The notes under the pieces: generated by a model | Told to the model about the DNA's origin: nothing | Database searches by the model: none | The model's input: only the letters and a program-made list of their open reading frames with translations | Program-made: the position numbers and the translations under genes | Shown: piece after piece, positions 11,723 through 26,927 of the stretch | Numbering within the stretch: the stretch's first letter is position 1 | Layout of the letters: each line of letters begins with the position of its first letter | Assembly (NCBI GenBank): GCA_951406725.2 | Contig: OX597821.1 | Span: 87,296,001-87,360,000, forward strand | Direction: 5' to 3' | Source of the DNA: Octopus vulgaris | Taxonomy: Eukaryota | DNA: 64,000 bases

Positions 11723-11894
11723 CAATGTATATGTTGTTTAGTTGTGTGAGTTGTGAGTTAGACAAAAACGCTGAAGAAAGGAGATTGTTAGAAAAGAGGT
11801 GGAGTAAGAGAGGCAGAGGTAAAGGAGGGAGAAATGTATATGGAAATATATGGAGGAATCTAAATGGATGTGTATTGTACAGGGAAATAGAAAG

Positions 11895-12408
11895 AGGGAA
11901 GAGGAGAGAGAGAGAGTGAGAGTAAGGGAGAGAAAGGGAGTGAGTGAGAGAGTAGGAGAGGGAGTGAGAGAGAGAGAGTAAGGGAGAGAAAGGGAGTGAG
12001 TGAGAGAGTAGGAGAGGGAGTGAGAGAGAGAGAGAGTAAGGGAGAGAAAGGGAGTGAGTGAGAGAGTAGGAGAGGGAGTGAGAGAGAGAGAGTAAGGGAG
12101 AGAAAGGGAGTGAGTGAGCGAGTAGGAGAGGGAGTGAGAGAGAGAGTAAGGGAGAGAAAGGGAGTGAGTGAGAGAGTAGGAGAGGGAGTGGGTGAGAGAG
12201 AGTAAGGGAGAGAAGGAATGTAGGAGAGAGAGAGTAGGAGAGAGAGAGAAGCAGAGAGAGCGAGAGCAGGAGAGAGTAGGAGAGAGAGAGAGAGAGAGAG
12301 AAAGAAAACGGGTAAAAAAGAAAAAAAGAGAGCGGATAAGATAGAGAGAGAGAAAGTGAGCAGGAGAGAGAGGGAGTATGAGAGAGTAGGAGAGAGATAG
12401 ATAGATAT

Positions 12409-12439
<31 letters not shown>

Positions 12440-12450
12440 GAGAGAGAGCT
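11895..12450 (+). repeat. Polypurine minisatellite (~55-60 bp unit, about 5 copies) grading into (GA)n
   Basis: Unit gagagagagtaagggagagaaagggagtgagtgagagagtaggagagggagt repeated. Confidence 0.9.
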
Positions 12451-12869
12451 AGCTAGACTGATTGACAAACATGCGCAAACACAGACAGTGAGATAGTCAA
12501 TATGTTGGGGAAGGAGCGGTTAGTTTGAACACATTTCACAAAAAAGCGCTTATTTTCAGCATATGGTTACACTGATAAATCTACTACAACATCCAGTCTA
12601 TAGACAACACAGTCACGAAGTTCAGTAGAAGCTTTGAAAGATTCTTTAGAAAAAAAGAAATGGCGTTCAAATCTAAACGTACGAATTCGTACCACAATGG
12701 AGTGAGTTGGGACATGCTAATGAACATGTTTAAGGACAACAGTTACTATAGGACAGTCTGAGAGTTATAATGGCTTAGTTTTAATTACTAATTCAATGGT
12801 GTATTTTATTACGAATTTTCATTTAGATATCATTGTCCCTTGAGTTTTTAGGTAAAGTTTTTCGGTAAA

Positions 12870-13115
12870 GGTTATCTTCTCGAGTCATACCGACTCATAA
12901 AGGCTGGTTTCCTGGTTTCCATGGCATATAAATCCTCCACCGGGATAGGACGCCAGTCCGTCGCAGGACTACTCATTTTTGCCAGCTGAGTAGACTGGAG
13001 CAACGTGAAATGAAATGTTATGCTCAAGAACAAAACACATTGCCCGGTCTAGAAATAGAAAGCACAAACTTACAATCACGAGTCCAATACTCTAACCACT
13101 AAGCCACGCGCCTCC
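12870..13115 (-). mobile_element. SINE family C
   Basis: Reverse complement begins ggaggcgcgtggcttagtggttag, as at 812. Confidence 0.85.
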
Positions 13116-14292
13116 ACAGATAAAGTTAATGGGTTCACAGCAAGCCCTTATATTTACCCTGGTTTGCTGGCAAATAGATCATCAGGATTTATATAAGTAC
13201 AACATCTCACTGTTGTACATATATAAATATAATTCTTCTTATTCATGTGGGCGTATTTTAACATCATCTAATATTGTGAATTTGAGGAGTACAGAATCTT
13301 TGCTCGGAGTACGTTTTAAGATTTTGCTTCTAGCCTCTTCATCTTCGCAACAGCATAATAGTGTATCTTTTTCCTTGCCCGGAAAATGTGCAAGAATATA
13401 TATAGACCCCTAGTCATGCATTTGCAGAGTCTTCATACTCTTTGTTCTCATGTTTCTTAAGAAAATGCCGCAACCAAGCTTTCCCTGTACTTTGGTTTTC
13501 AAACCAAAACTATGCTATCTTCACATGCTAAATCGACTCGCATATTCAAATGCGAAACGCCCAACTTCTTTTCGTGTTTAGGTGCTGCTATATGAACCAC
13601 TTTACAAGTTATAGTGGGTTAGTTGGTAATTGTTTCAAGTAGCTTCTCTCAACATCTACTTATTGCTCATGCAGTTAGGATCTCAACATATATTGTGCAC
13701 ACAACGTAAACCGGAACGCAAATTACCTGCTGCCCCATTCCGATAATTTTCAATTAAACAATCAACACTCAACAACGTTCATTGCTACGCATAGGTTTCA
13801 CCAAATAAACAGTATTTCCATAAATGAAAAGTTTGCTTTAGGACATGAAAAATGTTTGTGCGTTTGAAAGCCTTCTGTACCGATTTGATGTCAAAAGGTT
13901 TGATTGAAAGGATCTCACAAGATAACAGAACTCTCCTCACGAGGTTCTTTGTTTCTGCTGCAGTAGCTACCAAACACAAAACAAGATCCTTTCTTATGTC
14001 TTCGAGGAAGCCAACAAATGTAAGACAAAGGCTGAAATGACAGACAGTTATGAAAAGAACGACCAATAAATATTGTAAAGGAAGGCTAAAAGTTAAGCAA
14101 AACAATAAGGCTACACAGAATGCCATGCTCAAGCGATAGAAAGAAAAACCCCAACAGGGTAAAATAGAATACTGTTAATACAAAAGCAAATATAAAACCG
14201 AAACAAAATACTGTACATACCCAAAGTGTACTGAGCTGTACTCGTTACTGCAGTTGAAGTACGCCAAAGAAATAAAAACAAAGAAAAAACAA

Positions 14293-14296
<4 letters not shown>

Positions 14297-14367
<71 letters not shown>

Positions 14368-14495
14368 CCTTTCTACTATTAGGTACAAGTTCTGAAATTT
14401 TTGGGGAGAGGACTGACTAGTCGATTACATCGATCCTATTATTTAGCTGGTACTTATTCCATCAACTCTGAAAGGATGAAAAGCAAAGTTGACCA

Positions 14496-14547
<52 letters not shown>

Positions 14548-14709
14548 GTTTCAAATTTGTCCATAAGTTCACCAATTTTGGGGAAGGGTATGAGTCGATT
14601 ACATCGACCCCAGCGTTCAACTGGTACTTATTTTATCGACCCCAAAAGGATGAAGGGCAAAGTCGACCTCGGCGGAATTTGAATAATAACAACAATAACA
14701 ATAACAACA

Positions 14710-14804
<95 letters not shown>

Positions 14805-14808
14805 AATG

Positions 14809-14844
<36 letters not shown>

Positions 14845-14953
14845 GTAATAATAATAATAATAATAATAATAGTAATAATAATGATAATGATAATAATGAT
14901 AATGATAATAATGATAATAATAATAATAATAATAATGATAATAATAATAATAA
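14297..14953. repeat. (TAA)n field containing two minus-strand family B SINE fragments (14367-14475, 14545-14682)
   Basis: TAA runs; ggtacttattttatcgaccccaaaaggatgaagggcaaagtcgacctcggcggaatttga. Confidence 0.88.
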
Positions 14954-15528
14954 ATGCCCTGATGCAGTAATATGCCCTGATGCAGTACCAAGCAGTGGCT
15001 CTCATGGCTTCTGATCTTAACTGATTGGAAGTGTTATCATGTACATTGTTTTGTCTTGGTATAAAAGATGGGCTACAGCAAATATTCTGCTCAATACCAC
15101 AGATTTGTTTGTCAGTTGTTTGACCTTAACCAGTTGAACATGTCCCTTAGTGGCTGACGATATGTGCATCTCTGATCACGAGCAGAAGTAGTGAGGGAGC
15201 ATCATAGTCATGTGTTGAGAGGGATTCTTTGGGGGTTTGAATAATTCACCTCTGGAAACATGGGTGGTTCTTTCAACATCCTTAAACAACCCTTATTCAG
15301 GGACCTTTTGAGCGGGATGGGCTACTCAACCTGAAGAAAATTCTAACTGGGCCCCACCTGCAAGGTCATGTGCTGTTTATCTTGATATGAGACCACCATG
15401 TCGCGCACATATGGTTGTGATGCATGTGCCTGGTGTACCCTTATCAGACGGGTAGTCATGATGGGTATATTGGGCGTCGTATATTTTACCCCAGTGTCAC
15501 TTTGATGGCATGAACTGCTCTCTCACTC
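14954..15528. mobile_element. Non-coding ~575-bp element inserted in (TAA)n
   Basis: Complex block with sharp boundaries into (TAA)n on both sides; 16-bp terminal duplication atgccctgatgcagta; no TIRs. Confidence 0.6.
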
Positions 15529-15532
15529 AATG

Positions 15533-15601
<69 letters not shown>

Positions 15602-16855
15602 GTTTAAAATAATGATAATAATAACTGCAACAGTAGCAGCAACAACAATGGTGTTTTTTTTCTTTTAGTGGGGGCATCAGTATCTAAAACTCTGGTATTA
15701 ATTCAAGAGCAAAGCGCAAAACAGCGGGAACTTAGATTATTTGCGCAATCAAATAAAACTACAAATAATAAATGAATGTCAACAAGAAAAGATCCCTAAT
15801 ATGGACAAATCTCTAGATAACTCGACACACCACGCACAATGTCTCAGATTACTCAGGCACTTTAAAAGCACGAATACTCTCTCCCAGTTTCTTACCAACT
15901 GTTTACGATCACATAATCAGAACAGGCCCATTTAACCCCGTCAATCTCGTCGCCTTTAATAAAAAATATACTAAAAGGCAGTGAGTCCCTCGATTTCCAG
16001 CCCCACTTTTCTCTTAAGTGGATTTTGGGGTTGACGAGATAAGGGTAATAGAAGAGATACAGTCCGTTGAGTCGAATGATCAGTAAGGTTTTAGTATATG
16101 GCAGCTGTGTGTATCTGTTGGTCAGACAGGTAAACGTTATCATTAAGTCCGTACGGACGGCACTGACTGATTGTATCAAGGACAGTTTTCGTCGCAGACA
16201 CGCCCACATAATCAAGCTTTATAATGCATTTAAAGGTTACAAATATGTTTTGCCTTTGCGTCTCGGTAGAATGTGCAAAGGGAAAGCATTTCTGTATTAT
16301 ATTGTTCGCGATTCACGACCTGAATGTCTCCTTAGGAAAAGCTGCGCCGAACAATAAAATACAAGCACTTCATTAAAAGAAAATAATAAACTAAACACAC
16401 GAAAAAAAACCCCAAAAAACAAAAAAACGCTCTCATCCTTCATCAAAAATAAAAAAATAAAAGAAAAAAAGAAACAAAAAAAGTAACAACAAACGAACAA
16501 AAGGCAAAGCAAAACAAAACAAGAAACAAGAACAAATCTAGTCGAAGCAGCATCAACAACAATGGCAAGTTGGATAAATTGTAAAATGTCGACAACTGAG
16601 GTGTTTACGTGTTAAGATACTGTTAAACCCAAGGCGCCATTTGATCTACAGATACAAGAAGGCCTCTTGCTTCTCTGAGGACTTGTTTATTCTTTGTATG
16701 TAAACCTTGGGGTTAGATAAGAGACTGGTGAGTGCTGGCTGTGTCGGTGAAGTATTATAAATGGTAGGAGAAGTGCGTGGGAGAGTTAGAATTTGATGGG
16801 TGTATAAAAATAATGTTTTTAACAAGAGACAGAAAGATAAGAGAATTGGGATGGC

Positions 16856-16887
<32 letters not shown>

Positions 16888-16915
16888 TAATAATAATGAT
16901 AATAATAATAATAAC

Positions 16916-16965
<50 letters not shown>

Positions 16966-17335
16966 TAATAATAATAATGATAATAGTTGATGAAGATTAT
17001 GAGGATGATGGTAGTAGTAGTAGTAGTGGTAATAATAAAAATAATAATAATGATACTGGTAGTGGTACTGGTGGTGGTGGTGGTGGTGGTGGTGGTATGT
17101 GTTGGACGAGAATAGGGGAGTTATATTTGTTCCTCGTTTTGTTTATTTTAGTGAGGTCATTTTGCTGTCTAGCTTAATTATAAAGAGAAAAAGATAGCAA
17201 ATAGACTGCTAGATAGATAATCAACTTAAATAGACCAATAGAGAAAGAACAAACTCGACAATGATAGATGAACGGGAACATTTACACACACACACACACA
17301 AAGAGAAAGATAGATAAGTAGATAGAGCAAACGGG

Positions 17336-17580
<245 letters not shown>

Positions 17581-17747
17581 AAGTATACATAGTTGATTAT
17601 GTAGGTTATAAACTCGTATTTGTAAATGGAGTTTACCTTCAATAACTTCGGGATCGATAAAATTATGTCCCAGCCAAGAGCTGGGGTCAATTTAAGCGAC
17701 TAACAACCTCCCGCTGAAATTAACGGCCTTGTGCCATAATTTATATT

Positions 17748-17983
17748 CTATCTTTTACATGTTTCAGTTATTTGACTACGGCCATGCTGGGGCACCACCT
17801 TGAAGGGTTTTAGTCGAACAAGTCGACCCCAGGACTTATTTCTTTTAATGTCTACTATTTGTTCTATCGTTCTCCATTTGCTGAACCGGCAAGCCACGGG
17901 GACGTAAACGCGCCAACACCGGTTGTCAAGCAGTGGTGGGGGACAAACACAGATAGAAAGACACACACACACACACACACGCA

Positions 17984-18018
<35 letters not shown>

Positions 18019-18186
18019 ACGACAGGTTTCTTTCAGTTTCCGTCCATCAAATCCACTCACAAGGATTTGGTCAGCCCGGGGCTATAGTACAGGACACTTG
18101 CCCAAGGTGCTACGCAGTGTGACTGAACCTGGAACCATTTGGTTCCGAGTTCCGAAGCTTTTTACTACATAGCCACACTTGCGCCT
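17748..18186 (-). mobile_element. SINE family A, diverged
   Basis: ggccatgctggggcaccacc...cacttgcccaaggtgctacgcag...gccacacttgcgcc. Confidence 0.85.
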
Positions 18187-18924
18187 GTGGAAACCATTAT
18201 TTTAATTCGCATCAGTAAGCAAAACCTCAAAACGTTTTATCAAACCAAGACCACATAAATGTTGGGTTTATTTTAGATATCATCGGTTCCATCAAACCTC
18301 TTATTTTGGTATCTCTTATGCATTCTGGCTTTGACAATAATGAACTGTAATCTGGAATTCAGTTTCCAGAAATTCATTTCTTTTTTCAATGGTTTTGGAT
18401 TTTTGAGATTCCGTTTTCTGTGGTTTAGCATAACCACCATCATGAAATTAGCGAGGTACTTGTATATCCCGATGGATATCCACTTTGTAACATGTTAAAT
18501 TAATTTTTGACAACATCAACTCTTTCATCTTCAAGCTGAGTGGCTTTTATGAAGAATTTTTGTTTCTTCGAGATGTTTAATCAAATGTGTTATGGCACTT
18601 AAACTAAAAGGATTATTATGAAAGCTATGGTGGCTCTTATAGCCATAAATTGTTGCTGTGACATTGTGTGTTACGTTTAAGATAATAAAATTTAAGTTAC
18701 CCCCTCAGCTTTGTAGTCAAAACTATATTAACCTCTACAAGAAATTAATAAAAGCCATACATATAATCAAACACGTACACCCACACTACGCGTACAGACA
18801 CACGCATGCGTATATAAACACACACATATACACATACACAGTTTTATACTCATATAAATGCTAAGTATACGCTATAACGTAAATGTTTAAAAACACTGCA
18901 GTTATTTTGTTCATCTTGTTCCTC

Positions 18925-18957
<33 letters not shown>

Positions 18958-19129
18958 TTTGTGTGTGTGGCTATTTACGTACACGTACGCCCACACACAT
19001 GACTTTTTCAATTAACACTGCCATACTACCGGTTACAAGACCGATCTATACAACGTTCCACACATCATTATGGTCACTTAAGTATAAACGTGACGAATAT
19101 TTGAATGACTGCTGGATGTGTGATTGCAT

Positions 19130-19176
<47 letters not shown>

Positions 19177-19285
19177 CACAAACTCTATCTACCCACCCTT
19201 CTTTCCTTCCTTCCTTCTTTACACCTTAGTATATTTGTATGTATATATATATGTATATATATGTATATATATATATATGTATATA

Positions 19286-19691
19286 GGCGCAGGAGTGGCT
19301 GTGTGGTAAGTAGCTTGCTAACCAACCACATGGTTCTGGGTTCAGTCCCACTGCGTGGTATCTTGGGCAAGTGTCTTCTGCTATAGCCCCGGGCCGACCA
19401 ATGCCTTGTGAGTGGATTTGGTAGATGGAAACTGAAAGAAGCCTGTCGTATATATGTATATATATATGTATATATGTGTGTTTGTGTGTGTGTTTGTCCT
19501 CCTAGCATTGCTTGACAACTGATGCTAGTGTGTTTACGTCCCCGTCACTTAGCGGTTCGGCAAAAGAGACCGATAGAATAAGTACTGGGCTTACAAAGAA
19601 TAAGTCCCGGGGTCAATTTGCTCGACTAAAGGCGGTGCTCCAGCATGGCCGCAGTCAAATGACTGAAACAAGTAAAAGAGAAAGAGAAAGA
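19286..19691 (+). mobile_element. SINE family A, full length
   Basis: Near-identical to 5064-5482. Confidence 0.92.
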
Positions 19692-19749
19692 TATATAATA
19701 TGTATATATATATATATATATAATATATATATATATATATACATGTATA

Positions 19750-19835
<86 letters not shown>

Positions 19836-19884
19836 GTATATATATATGTATATATATATATATATATATATGTATATTTATATG

Positions 19885-19971
<87 letters not shown>

Positions 19972-20741
19972 GATAGGTAAAATATGAATGCATATATAAT
20001 TTACGGTGCAGTACCTAAGATTGGAGACAGAGCAGTCAGCATATTAATATATAAACACTACCTCATGTATTGAATAATCACTTTTATTTTGTTTTTTCGT
20101 TCGCCCGACTCATACACACGTATACACTTATTCATATACACATGTACATATAGCCACACACACACATATATATATATATATATAATTGATTCCTTGATAG
20201 ACTGAGAAAAAGGTGTATGCATATGATACGGCGAACGTTAATGACAGAATAAAAGAAATAATCTTAGATAGGCGGACAGAGAGATAGATGTAAACAAGGA
20301 AAGGATATAAATATGAAGGGATAGAATAGATTATATAAAATATACTTATATAATCCTTTGGCTCTTTGACTTTTTGACTCCTGAAAACAATCCAATCCAG
20401 AGTACTGAATCATGCAATCATTCGAACAACACATACGTATAATGCATACGATTGGTAACACATCAGTATGAATTAGTGCTACTTTCTTGCTTGTGTGTGC
20501 GAGTGCGCGCGCTTGTGTGTGGTGGGGTGGTGGGGGTACGGAAAACGTAAGTATAGTTCCTACGTGACATTATATGAATACTGAAGACAATGTACGCATA
20601 GGCTTCCCGTGATGAGTGCGTGTATATACTATGTGCCACCGGAAGTATATGTATATATACACACACACGTAAACACTGTATACAGATATATAAATATGTG
20701 TGTATGTATGCATGTATATATGTATGTGTGTATGTATATAT

Positions 20742-20862
<121 letters not shown>

Positions 20863-21374
20863 TATATATCATTTTAACCCAGTAGGTACTCATATATAAA
20901 ATTATATTATAGAAGGACTATATATAGATAGATATAGATATACATATATATATATATATATACATATACATAAATACATATGAACGTACGTGCACAGCTT
21001 AGAAGACATTAGTTTCTATAACCAGATTATAAATTCACATTTATACCAATAATACAATAATAATTGATCTACTTGATTTGATTGCACTGAAATGCTTTGA
21101 TTTGAAGTGGATGCACTGAAAATATTAGTGACTATCTGGAACTACTGGGGTTTTCAGAAAAACAAATCAACTAGCTAACATGTACATTACAAATATAGTC
21201 TGTAAGAGGAATAGTGAATATATGCAAGAGCTTTCACAAGTTTAAAATGTGAATTTCTTTTTGTTAACTACATTCCAAGGACGAAGCTCTGTATATTTGC
21301 AAGAAACCAGTTCCTTCTTGACAGTAGAGAGACTTCAAATAATCAAAAACAGAGGAGAACGTACACACACTCAG

Positions 21375-21422
<48 letters not shown>

Positions 21423-21424
<2 letters not shown>

Positions 21425-21822
21425 TCTTTTACTCTTTTACTTGTTTCAGTCATTTGACTGCGGCCATGCTGGAGCACCGCCTTTAATCGAGCAACTCGAC
21501 CCCGGGACTTATTCTTTTGTAAGCCCAGTACTTATTCTATCGGTCTCTTTTGCCGAACCGCTAAGTAACGGAGACATAAACACACCAGCATCGGTTGTCA
21601 AGCAATTCTAGGGGGACAAACACACTCACACAAATACACACATGCATATATATATATATACATATATACGACGGGCTTCTTTCAGTTTCCGTCTACCAAA
21701 TCCACTCACAAGGCTTTGGTCAGCTCGAGGCTTTAGTACAAGACACTTGCCCAAGGTGCCACGCAGTGGGACTGAACCCGGAACCATGTGGTTGGTAAAC
21801 AAGCTACTTACCACACAGCCAC
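21423..21822 (-). mobile_element. SINE family A
   Basis: Reverse complement of the family A pattern, including the tail ctcttttactcttttac. Confidence 0.92.
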
Positions 21823-21840
21823 ATGTGTGTGTGTGTGTGT

Positions 21841-22149
21841 GGAAGTGCAATGGCCCAGTGGTTAGGGCAGCGGACTCGCGGTAGGTTGCGGTTTCGATTC
21901 CCAGACCGGGCGTTGTGAGTGTTTATTGAGCAAAAACACCTAAAAGCTCCATGATGCTCCGGCAGGGGGTGGTGGCGATCCCTGCTGTACTCTTTCGCCA
22001 CAACTTTCTTTCACTCTTTCTTCTGCTGGCCTGCTCGCTTAGCCAGCGGGGTGGCGTCATTTGAAGGCTAAAACATTGCGAAGCGCATTGTGACCAGCGA
22101 TGTGTAGCAACATCTAATAGCCTGGTCGGTCACGGTGATCACGGTGATA
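21841..22149 (+). mobile_element. SINE family C variant with different 3' tail
   Basis: tggcccagtggttagggcagcggactcg...ggtttcgattccc head like 55009; ends (cacggtgat)2. Confidence 0.8.
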
Positions 22150-22751
22150 CACACACGCACACACACGCATAACCTCAGCCCTCATATAATATGCATATAT
22201 GCTTGCGTATATATATGTGCATCTACATGTTCGTTGCTAGTTTAACGGCTTCAAAGATTTAGACTCTAAATTTTAGTGAATGATAATCGTGCTGAGCGCA
22301 TTAGAACTCGGAACCACAATCAAAAGGCAGCGTTATCGTAGTGTTGGTTCAGATACCACACAGGTCTGCAAAAATGAAACACTTGCGGTTTCGTCGTGTC
22401 CTCATTCGTGAAGCTACTCAGAATATATTGGTATAAACGGAAGCAATAGCAATTTACTAGTCATACGTGCGACTGCATCATCCGTTGAAATGCCGCTGGT
22501 CTCTAGCTTTTGAAAGCCTAGTATGTGCCTTTATCATTACAGAAGCTAAAGATTGAGCGGTACTGCATCTTAAGAGTAGAGTTTAGTACCAATGTTTTCG
22601 CACTGACAAATTCTCATCAGTCTTGATGGCAGTGTGTCATATATGTCCGGATATCGAATAATTAATAACTTATTCGCCAGGATCAAAACCATTTGTACTA
22701 GAATATTAATTCTATTTCCGTTGAAGTGCATGCGTGTATATATGTACGTAC

Positions 22752-22831
<80 letters not shown>

Positions 22832-22992
22832 ACCTACCTATCTACTTATATCTACCTACCTACCGACCTACCTACCTACCTATCTACCTATCTACCTACC
22901 TACCTACCTACCTATATACATACCTACCTACCTACCTACCTACCTACCTACTTACCTATCTATCTGCCTATCTATCTATCTACCTATCTATA

Positions 22993-23057
<65 letters not shown>

Positions 23058-23064
23058 CTGTCTG

Positions 23065-23114
<50 letters not shown>

Positions 23115-23576
23115 CTACCTACCTACCTACCTACCTACCTACCTACCTATCTACCTACCTATCTATCTACCTAAGTGATATCTATGCAAATGTGTGTACA
23201 TATCTGCATATCAAAGTACGCACACACGCAATGAGAAAGTCATTTTGCAAGTGGTTTCTAGAGTTGCGAGAAATAGCAGCGGAGTCTCTCTCGAATTACT
23301 TGATAGTGTATTTAGAAAATGGAAGAGCCCAGTGGATTACGTAGTCTGAGGCAGATAGTGTCTAAGAAGTCAATGTTTACGGCAAGGATGTGATTAATCA
23401 CACGTCCGCCCAGACAAAGCAGACCTCGGCTAAACAACAACAACAACCATAATATATTTGCCCTTGTTTATAAGTTGTTTATGATTTTAACCTTTTAAGG
23501 TATTTAAATATGCTGCAACTTTCTTGATGAAATTTTTTTCTGTAAAAAAAACTTCATCCTATATTAGTAGTATATA

Positions 23577-23620
<44 letters not shown>

Positions 23621-23655
23621 AACATATATATATATACATAAACATATATATATAT

Positions 23656-23695
<40 letters not shown>

Positions 23696-23726
23696 AACAT
23701 ATATATATATAAACATATATATAAAC

Positions 23727-23762
<36 letters not shown>

Positions 23763-23928
23763 GTATATGTATATATATATATTTATATATATATAGATAG
23801 ATATATATATATATATCAGTTTGTGCGTGTGTGACAGTACACACGCATACACACGCACATATAATATATATATTTATACACTCGTATATGCATATATATT
23901 TGTATAAATATAGTTGTATATATGTGTG

Positions 23929-23964
<36 letters not shown>

Positions 23965-24346
23965 ATGAAATATGTGTGAGCGTACAGCCTAAGTTATTTA
24001 TAATGTGATTTCGTTGCTATGACAACTCCGCCCTACCCGAGGGTACAATGGAGGCTGAGAGATTTGTGGGTGGTTACGTTAAATGTGAGAAAGGGAAATA
24101 GGGTGGGCAGTGTAGGGGAGGTCAACAGTACTTGAAGCTCATCACTTGAATAAGTGCCTGCGTGCGTGTGCGCGTGTTTGTGCGAGAGCGAGCGAGAGAT
24201 AGAGATAGAGAGAGAGAGACAGAGAGAGAGAGACAGAGAGAGAGAGAGTGCGTGTGTATGTGTATAATGAAGGACTTTCGCGCGTTTATGGATGGGAAGG
24301 GAATTTGGGTGGGTTTACAAACACGTGGGGTAGCGAAAGCAGGAGA

Positions 24347-24399
<53 letters not shown>

Positions 24400-24508
24400 G
24401 AAGAGGAAGAGCAAGAAGATTCTCACACTCTTCGCCACCACACGGACGCAGAGTTATAAAGGCACTTATTACAGTGAAATTGCGAGGGAATGAGACACAC
24501 ACTGGAGG

Positions 24509-24653
<145 letters not shown>

Positions 24654-24671
24654 TATATACATATATATATA

Positions 24672-24716
<45 letters not shown>

Positions 24717-24870
24717 ATTTATATATATGTATGAGAAAGAGGAAGAGAGAGGGACACCTTGGAAAGTAATGACAGTGATAGGAAAGCAGAGTAAGAATGG
24801 GAATTACAAGGCAAGTGGGGACAGGAGTCATTACTGGTCCCATTGTTTATATATATTTATGAATGTATGC

Positions 24871-24925
<55 letters not shown>

Positions 24926-24986
24926 TAGATAGATAGGTATATATATGTATGTATGTATATATATATATATATATATGTATGTGTAA

Positions 24987-25019
<33 letters not shown>

Positions 25020-25059
25020 CATACATATATACTCATAAAAATAAACACACACTCACACA

Positions 25060-25136
<77 letters not shown>

Positions 25137-26881
25137 GTTTGTACATATATATGCAAACAAATGCGTACATACATACACACACATATTCTATAAGAGGACG
25201 GGAAGAGAATAAGATTTGGAAGTTTAATTAAAACACTTCATCACCAGCTAAACATACGGCTCGTGTGGTGGTGGTGGTGGTGGTGGTGGTGGTAGTGGTG
25301 GTGCAGAATGTGAGTCAGTGATTTAGAGAAGGAGAGGGAGAGAGAGAGATGGTGAGGTGGATGAGGAAGACGAACAGCACAGAATGAAAACAATAACAAC
25401 CGCGGTAATAACATAAATAAGTGAATGAAGAAATAAATATAAAAAAAAATAATAAATCCCAAGTTTCCCTGAAAAATAGGCGATGCACGCCTGTATCACA
25501 AACACTCTCGTACTATCATCCTGTCGCCTTTAATTCTTAAATCTATCCTCTCACCCATTCACCGTGAATTCGGGGACAGTCAAAATGTCATTGTTAGGCA
25601 AATGCTAACTGCCGCCATCTTGAAGTCTAAACCGAGAAAAAAAAATCGATTAGAGATTTGTAATTTCTTTCTGTTTTGCTTTCAATCTTTTTCTTATTTT
25701 TTTCCCCCTGCTGAAGTTATTGCTTGCTTTCTTTTGTTGTTTGTTTCTTCAATTTATTTAGTAAACGAAAAGCCCGAAAGATAAAGGAAGAACAAAATGT
25801 CTGGCAGACGATAACTCCGGCATCAGCATTATTAGCTACAGCAATAATAACTACAGAAGCAATAATAACAATAACACCAGCAACAAAATCGACAGTAAAA
25901 GATCGCAGGAACTAAAAAATTTCATCGACATATTACAAGAAAAGGCCGCTATTTGATCTCCCAGTATTCCGCTCCACATCAGTTGTGTTTGAGAAAAGAT
26001 GGCGGGGATAGATGAAGAAAAAGTTGTAGTAGTGTTGATGTTGGCATAGATACAATTTGGAATTATGTAGTATTAGTACTCATGTTGATGATAGTAGTAA
26101 AAAAAAAATCAAGGAAAAAAATGAAAGAGAAAATAGAAAGAAAATAAGTGAAATATAAAAAAAAACGAAGTGGAAGTATAAGACCAAGAAAAGAAAAAAA
26201 TGCCAAAGAATGAAAATGGTAGAATAATATTAGCTTCTCTTAATTAAGCATAAAAAAAAACTTTTATAAAGAGAGACGTCGCTGTAATTTGAACCACGGA
26301 CCATTTTCGTAGTAATACTTATTTTTACCGTCTCTGTAGAGATCAAAGACAAAGTCAACCGAATTGAACTCATAAGAGCAAGTAGTCTACGGTAGCTTGG
26401 ATTCCCTAACGAATCGTATCTAGAGTTTCTACTGACTAAATTGTTTAGAAACGCATAACTACATCAATGTTATCAAAGACGATGACATCGACGACGACGG
26501 CAATGCTGCTGTTGTTGCTGCTGATGCTGTCGCTGCTGCTGCTGCTGGTGATGGTGATGATGCTGAGGCGATCTGAATACTATTAACGCAAATGTTGTAA
26601 AACTAGCAAATGATAACAACGCAACTTTCCTCGGTTCTAATTTCTTCTTTGTATTATTCTACAGCTGCTGTTGACTGGAAGTTCTATTGCTAAGAGCAGA
26701 TGTCATAAGAAAAATCAAAGCTCATCACACCTAGAAATTGCAACTGTTTGTTAAGAGTGGGAGATGTGGATAAGAAACTCTCCACTCACCGCCATACACT
26801 TACTTGTACTCTACCAACCTACATCTGCATATAGATGAAATGTCTAGCACTAAGAGTGGCAAATGTCAAGAGTAACACTGT

Positions 26882-26927
<46 letters not shown>

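Noticed and set aside
16624-16715. Irregular hairpin, possible pre-miRNA
   Set aside because: Large asymmetric bulge and no recognised mature miRNA sequence.
18215-18570. Minus-strand frame with protein-like composition
   Set aside because: Multiple stops and no recognisable motif.
21270-21320. Another possible hammerhead remnant
   Set aside because: Core and stem II too degenerate.
21595-21884. Recurrent peptides such as [21 protein letters not shown] and DGLLSVSVYQIHSQG
   Set aside because: Antisense translations of SINE family A, not a gene family.
26635-26850. Strong plus-strand acceptor (ttctacag) and minus-strand donors (gtaagt, gtgagt)
   Set aside because: No consistent exon with an open frame and a matching partner site.
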